DNA of 32,000 nt from Candidatus Saccharimonadota bacterium (GTDB lineage: Bacteria; Pseudomonadota; Alphaproteobacteria; Rickettsiales; Anaplasmataceae). Where the stretch lies: NCBI RefSeq assembly GCF_013365495.1, contig NZ_CP046580.1, forward strand, positions 720,001 to 752,000. Direction: 5' to 3'. Made by a program: the position numbers and the translations under genes. Of the stretch, positions 29,371 to 32,000 are shown piece by piece. The notes beneath the pieces are model-generated. The model saw only the letters and a list, made by a program, of their open reading frames with translations. It ran no database searches and had not been told where the DNA came from. Within the stretch, counting starts at the first letter, position 1. Every line of letters starts with the position of its first letter.

Positions 29371-31765
29371 AACCAAACTGTCACTATTACTTACTGCAGT
29401 ATTTTTATTAAATGCAGACTTTTTACTATCATATCCAACTTTTGCAGATATGATAAGTGATTCCGATAGAACAAAATTTATTAGTAGATTTAATTTTACC
29501 GATAGCTTTAGTCGTGCTTCTAACCCTGACTGTGAAGCATTTAAAACAACCTCAGCACTTACTGGAATAGCAATTGCCATTGGTGCAATATTTACTGGTG
29601 TTGTTTTAATCATCTCCTCTGTTGGCTTATCTACTGGTCTTGCTGTCATTGCAATGATAACTGCAATAATTGGACTTTGGAAGTCAATAGGAGGACTTGT
29701 AGTCTGTGAACATAGTTTCGTTAGACATCCAGTTGCACGTAATCATGAAGGAAAGTATAAAGATTTCATATTAAAAGACACAAATTATAGTGTATTAACA
29801 AATAAAAACTTCCAAACAGAAGATGAATATTTTTCTACACTAAAAGAAAAATTTGGAAAAGACGGAAAACAAATAGAAAAAGAAATTTTAGATTTTACTA
29901 ATTGGAATGTTGTCAACATCGATAAAAAACATTATTTTTGGCCAAAAAATAGTGTTCAATATAGCGAATATATAGAAGTATGTCATCGTAATCCTCTTAC
30001 ATTCGGTAATCTTTTTAAGATAAACGACTTTAATTTTAAAGATAAACCTGGATACATAGACTTTGATATTAGAGAAAAAGATACTGGATACGTAAATGGA
30101 CCATGGTCACCAAAAGTTGATGGTAGCTTAGAATGTAAAGTCCTCAAAGCTGGACAAAGTAAAACCATACATGGATCAATGTTTAAAGCAGTAAGAAAAA
30201 TAGGTAGATTATGTGTAGAACTAGCCGAAATTAACACACTTGGTATTCAAATGACCCCCTGGCCTCAAGGGGTTAATATTGGATGCACGGAATTACCACC
30301 TGACCCAATTGCCCCCATGTGTGAAAAGTCTAAAATAAAATTTAGTATTGGTAATCCAATCCCTATTAGTTCTAATGAAGATTATAGAACTATTATAAAA
30401 AACAATGAGAAAGAAGGAAAAGTCTTTATAGGTTATGACAATAAAGGGTGTTTCCAAGATTACGTTTCACAAGCTTGTTACAATCAAGCTGGAAGTAAAT
30501 CTTTAGCTCCTATCCCCATAACCTCCATGATAATACAATGTATTAAAGAATCGTTAGATAATTTAGTTACAGGTAAAGGTATACCAAATGGAGAAAGCTT
30601 CATAGCTATAGCACAAAAAAAACTAAAAAATACTGTCACTGCTGTTTTAGTTCTAGCCTTAATATTATTCTCTATAAAAGCTATATCCGGTGGGATACAT
30701 AGCTTACAAGAAATATATATATTAATTATCAAATTTGCTTTAGTAATTTATTTTACAACAGGTAATACCATGTCTCATTATTATAAAGAGTTAACAATAC
30801 TTTCAAATAGTTTATCAGAAATGGTATTAAAGTCATCACTTGAGAGTAAAAACATATGTAATTATAAAGCAGAAAAATATGGAAAGGACATCTATCTTGC
30901 CCCTTGGGATAGGCTTGATTGTAGAATTCTATTTTACTTAGGAGCACCTTTAGATGGAATTGCTGGTAAAATTAACACCAAAAGTGTAGGAATATTAGCT
31001 ATTTTACTTGGCAGTGCTCCTGTTTTATTAGTAACAGGTTCAATAATCGGTATAATTCTCGCTGGCGGACAAATTTTAACAGCTATTGTCTGTACATTTA
31101 TGGCTATTATGATAATGATGGTTACTTTATGGATGTGCTATGTATTTATTTTATCCCTAATTGCCTTAAGTGTAATTATCACTTTATCACCTTTATTTAT
31201 TCCTATGGTTCTATTCCAATATACTAAAGGATATTTTGATGGTTGGTTAAAAGAATTAATTACCTACAGCCTATACCCAGTCATGCTTTTTGCATTTTTA
31301 TCATTTATGTTCATAGCATGCGATAAAATTTATTTTAAAAATTTACATTTTGAAAAAGAAGAAATTACAATATTAAACAACAAAAAACAATGGTTCAAGT
31401 TAAAAAATGGAGAATGTAATAAAAATGAAACTACTCTTGCATGTATGATGCAAAACTACAACTTTAAAAAGAGTAGTATACTTGGTTTATTCGACTTTAC
31501 ATACATGGAATTAAACAGTTCTCTTATCGAAGAATTATTAAAACTAACTCTAATATTATTTCTATTTTATCATTTTTTAAATATTCTTCCTAACATGGCT
31601 GCAGAACTTGCTGGTAATCCAAGATCAGCATTGAGCTCTGGTGCTATACCTGGAAAAATGATGTCAAAAGCTTTTTCTGCAACTAAAGCTATTGCTGGAA
31701 CAATTGGTAAAGTTCAATTAGGAAATGCCACTGAAGCTATTAAAAAAGCTAAAAAAAGGATATAA
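29363..31765 (+). CDS. virB6: Extended Rickettsiales-type VirB6/TrbL family T4SS inner-membrane protein (first paralog)
   Basis: 800 aa. The ATG overlaps the virB4 stop (ATGTTTAA, 8-nt overlap). It has a signal-like N-terminus and two TM segments, then a hydrophilic domain of about 300 aa with 9 Cys by my count. This is followed by a polytopic core (aa about 420-640, ...LFQYTKGYFDGWLKELI...) and an Ala/Lys-rich tail. Confidence 0.85.
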   Translation: MFKTKLSLLLTAVFLLNADFLLSYPTFADMISDSDRTKFISRFNFTDSFSRASNPDCEAFKTTSALTGIAIAIGAIFTGVVLIISSVGLSTGLAVIAMITAIIGLWKSIGGLVVCEHSFVRHPVARNHEGKYKDFILKDTNYSVLTNKNFQTEDEYFSTLKEKFGKDGKQIEKEILDFTNWNVVNIDKKHYFWPKNSVQYSEYIEVCHRNPLTFGNLFKINDFNFKDKPGYIDFDIREKDTGYVNGPWSPKVDGSLECKVLKAGQSKTIHGSMFKAVRKIGRLCVELAEINTLGIQMTPWPQGVNIGCTELPPDPIAPMCEKSKIKFSIGNPIPISSNEDYRTIIKNNEKEGKVFIGYDNKGCFQDYVSQACYNQAGSKSLAPIPITSMIIQCIKESLDNLVTGKGIPNGESFIAIAQKKLKNTVTAVLVLALILFSIKAISGGIHSLQEIYILIIKFALVIYFTTGNTMSHYYKELTILSNSLSEMVLKSSLESKNICNYKAEKYGKDIYLAPWDRLDCRILFYLGAPLDGIAGKINTKSVGILAILLGSAPVLLVTGSIIGIILAGGQILTAIVCTFMAIMIMMVTLWMCYVFILSLIALSVIITLSPLFIPMVLFQYTKGYFDGWLKELITYSLYPVMLFAFLSFMFIACDKIYFKNLHFEKEEITILNNKKQWFKLKNGECNKNETTLACMMQNYNFKKSSILGLFDFTYMELNSSLIEELLKLTLILFLFYHFLNILPNMAAELAGNPRSALSSGAIPGKMMSKAFSATKAIAGTIGKVQLGNATEAIKKAKKRI

Positions 31766-31918
31766 AAATATAATTGTGTTAACTCAAATTTACTTTTGTA
31801 AATCTCAGTACTACATTAATTAAAATTATTAATGATACCAATAAACACTATTTCTTAGTAACGATTAAAGTGGTAATAAAATTGAAATTACATTCTAATC
31901 ACTAAAGACTAGAAAACT

Positions 31919-32000
31919 ATGCGTAAATTTTTGTTAATAACAACATTTTTTTTGTTGTCTAGTTGCGAAGATTACTGTATTAAACCAAAAAACCTATTGA
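31919..32000 (+). CDS. 5' end of a signal-peptide/lipobox protein; by synteny possibly the next VirB6-family paralog
   Basis: My translation is MRKFLLITTFFLLSSCEDYCIKPKNLL..., open to the window end. LLSSC resembles a lipobox. It starts 153 nt after the virB6 stop. Only 27 codons are visible. Confidence 0.4.
   Translation, partial: MRKFLLITTFFLLSSCEDYCIKPKNLL

Noticed and set aside
27793-30947. Eight antisense ORFs (60-104 aa) inside virB4 and virB6, including 29335..29649
   Set aside because: All lie opposite well-supported T4SS reading frames, and none has recognisable motifs.
1-32000. Search by eye for a CRISPR array, IS or transposase, rRNA, additional tRNAs, tmRNA tRNA-like end, RNase P (GAGGAAAGTCC) and SRP RNA (GGAAGGAAGCAGC) motifs, and long tandem repeats
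   Set aside because: None found on either strand. Only weak, imperfect local duplications under 20 nt were seen (for example 8101-8139, 16229-16290 and 20729-20815). A computational repeat and covariance-model scan is still needed.

Overview
This is an AT-rich segment (roughly 27-30% GC by eye). Its gene content and layout fit an Anaplasmataceae chromosome, most like Ehrlichia of the E. ruminantium or E. canis type. That assignment is inferred from content, not from a search.

The minus strand carries, in coordinate order: uvrC (5' part, runs off the window start), glyS, glyQ, a divergent PgpA-like membrane protein, mutS, a 5-formyl-THF cyclo-ligase, a short PyrK/FNR-like oxidoreductase, tRNA-Ser(GGA), gyrB, a membrane-anchored cytochrome c, a 156-aa orphan protein, purH, fumC and a class I lysS. 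The plus strand carries miaA and a type IV secretion operon (virB3-virB4-virB6), followed by the start of another signal-peptide gene.

Only about 69% of the window is coding. Four ORF-free spacers (7157-8450, 12525-14961, 15490-17437, 18866-21309) total about 8.1 kb. In hand counts their plus strand has a C:G ratio of about 3-4:1, with two small islands where the skew reverses.

I saw no CRISPR array, IS element, prophage or rRNA, and no convincing tandem repeat.

I cannot point to a clear new multi-gene system. The best leads are:
- the giant skewed spacers and the islands inside them, including a frameshifted gene relic, a C8 tract and orphan hairpins;
- the 156-aa basic orphan protein divergent from miaA;
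- the flavin-domain-less PyrK-like protein next to the tRNA;
- the lysS/virB3 divergent control region, which lacks the sodB gene that precedes virB3 in published E. chaffeensis and A. phagocytophilum maps.

All calls come from reading the sequence and the ORF track. No searches or folding programs were run.
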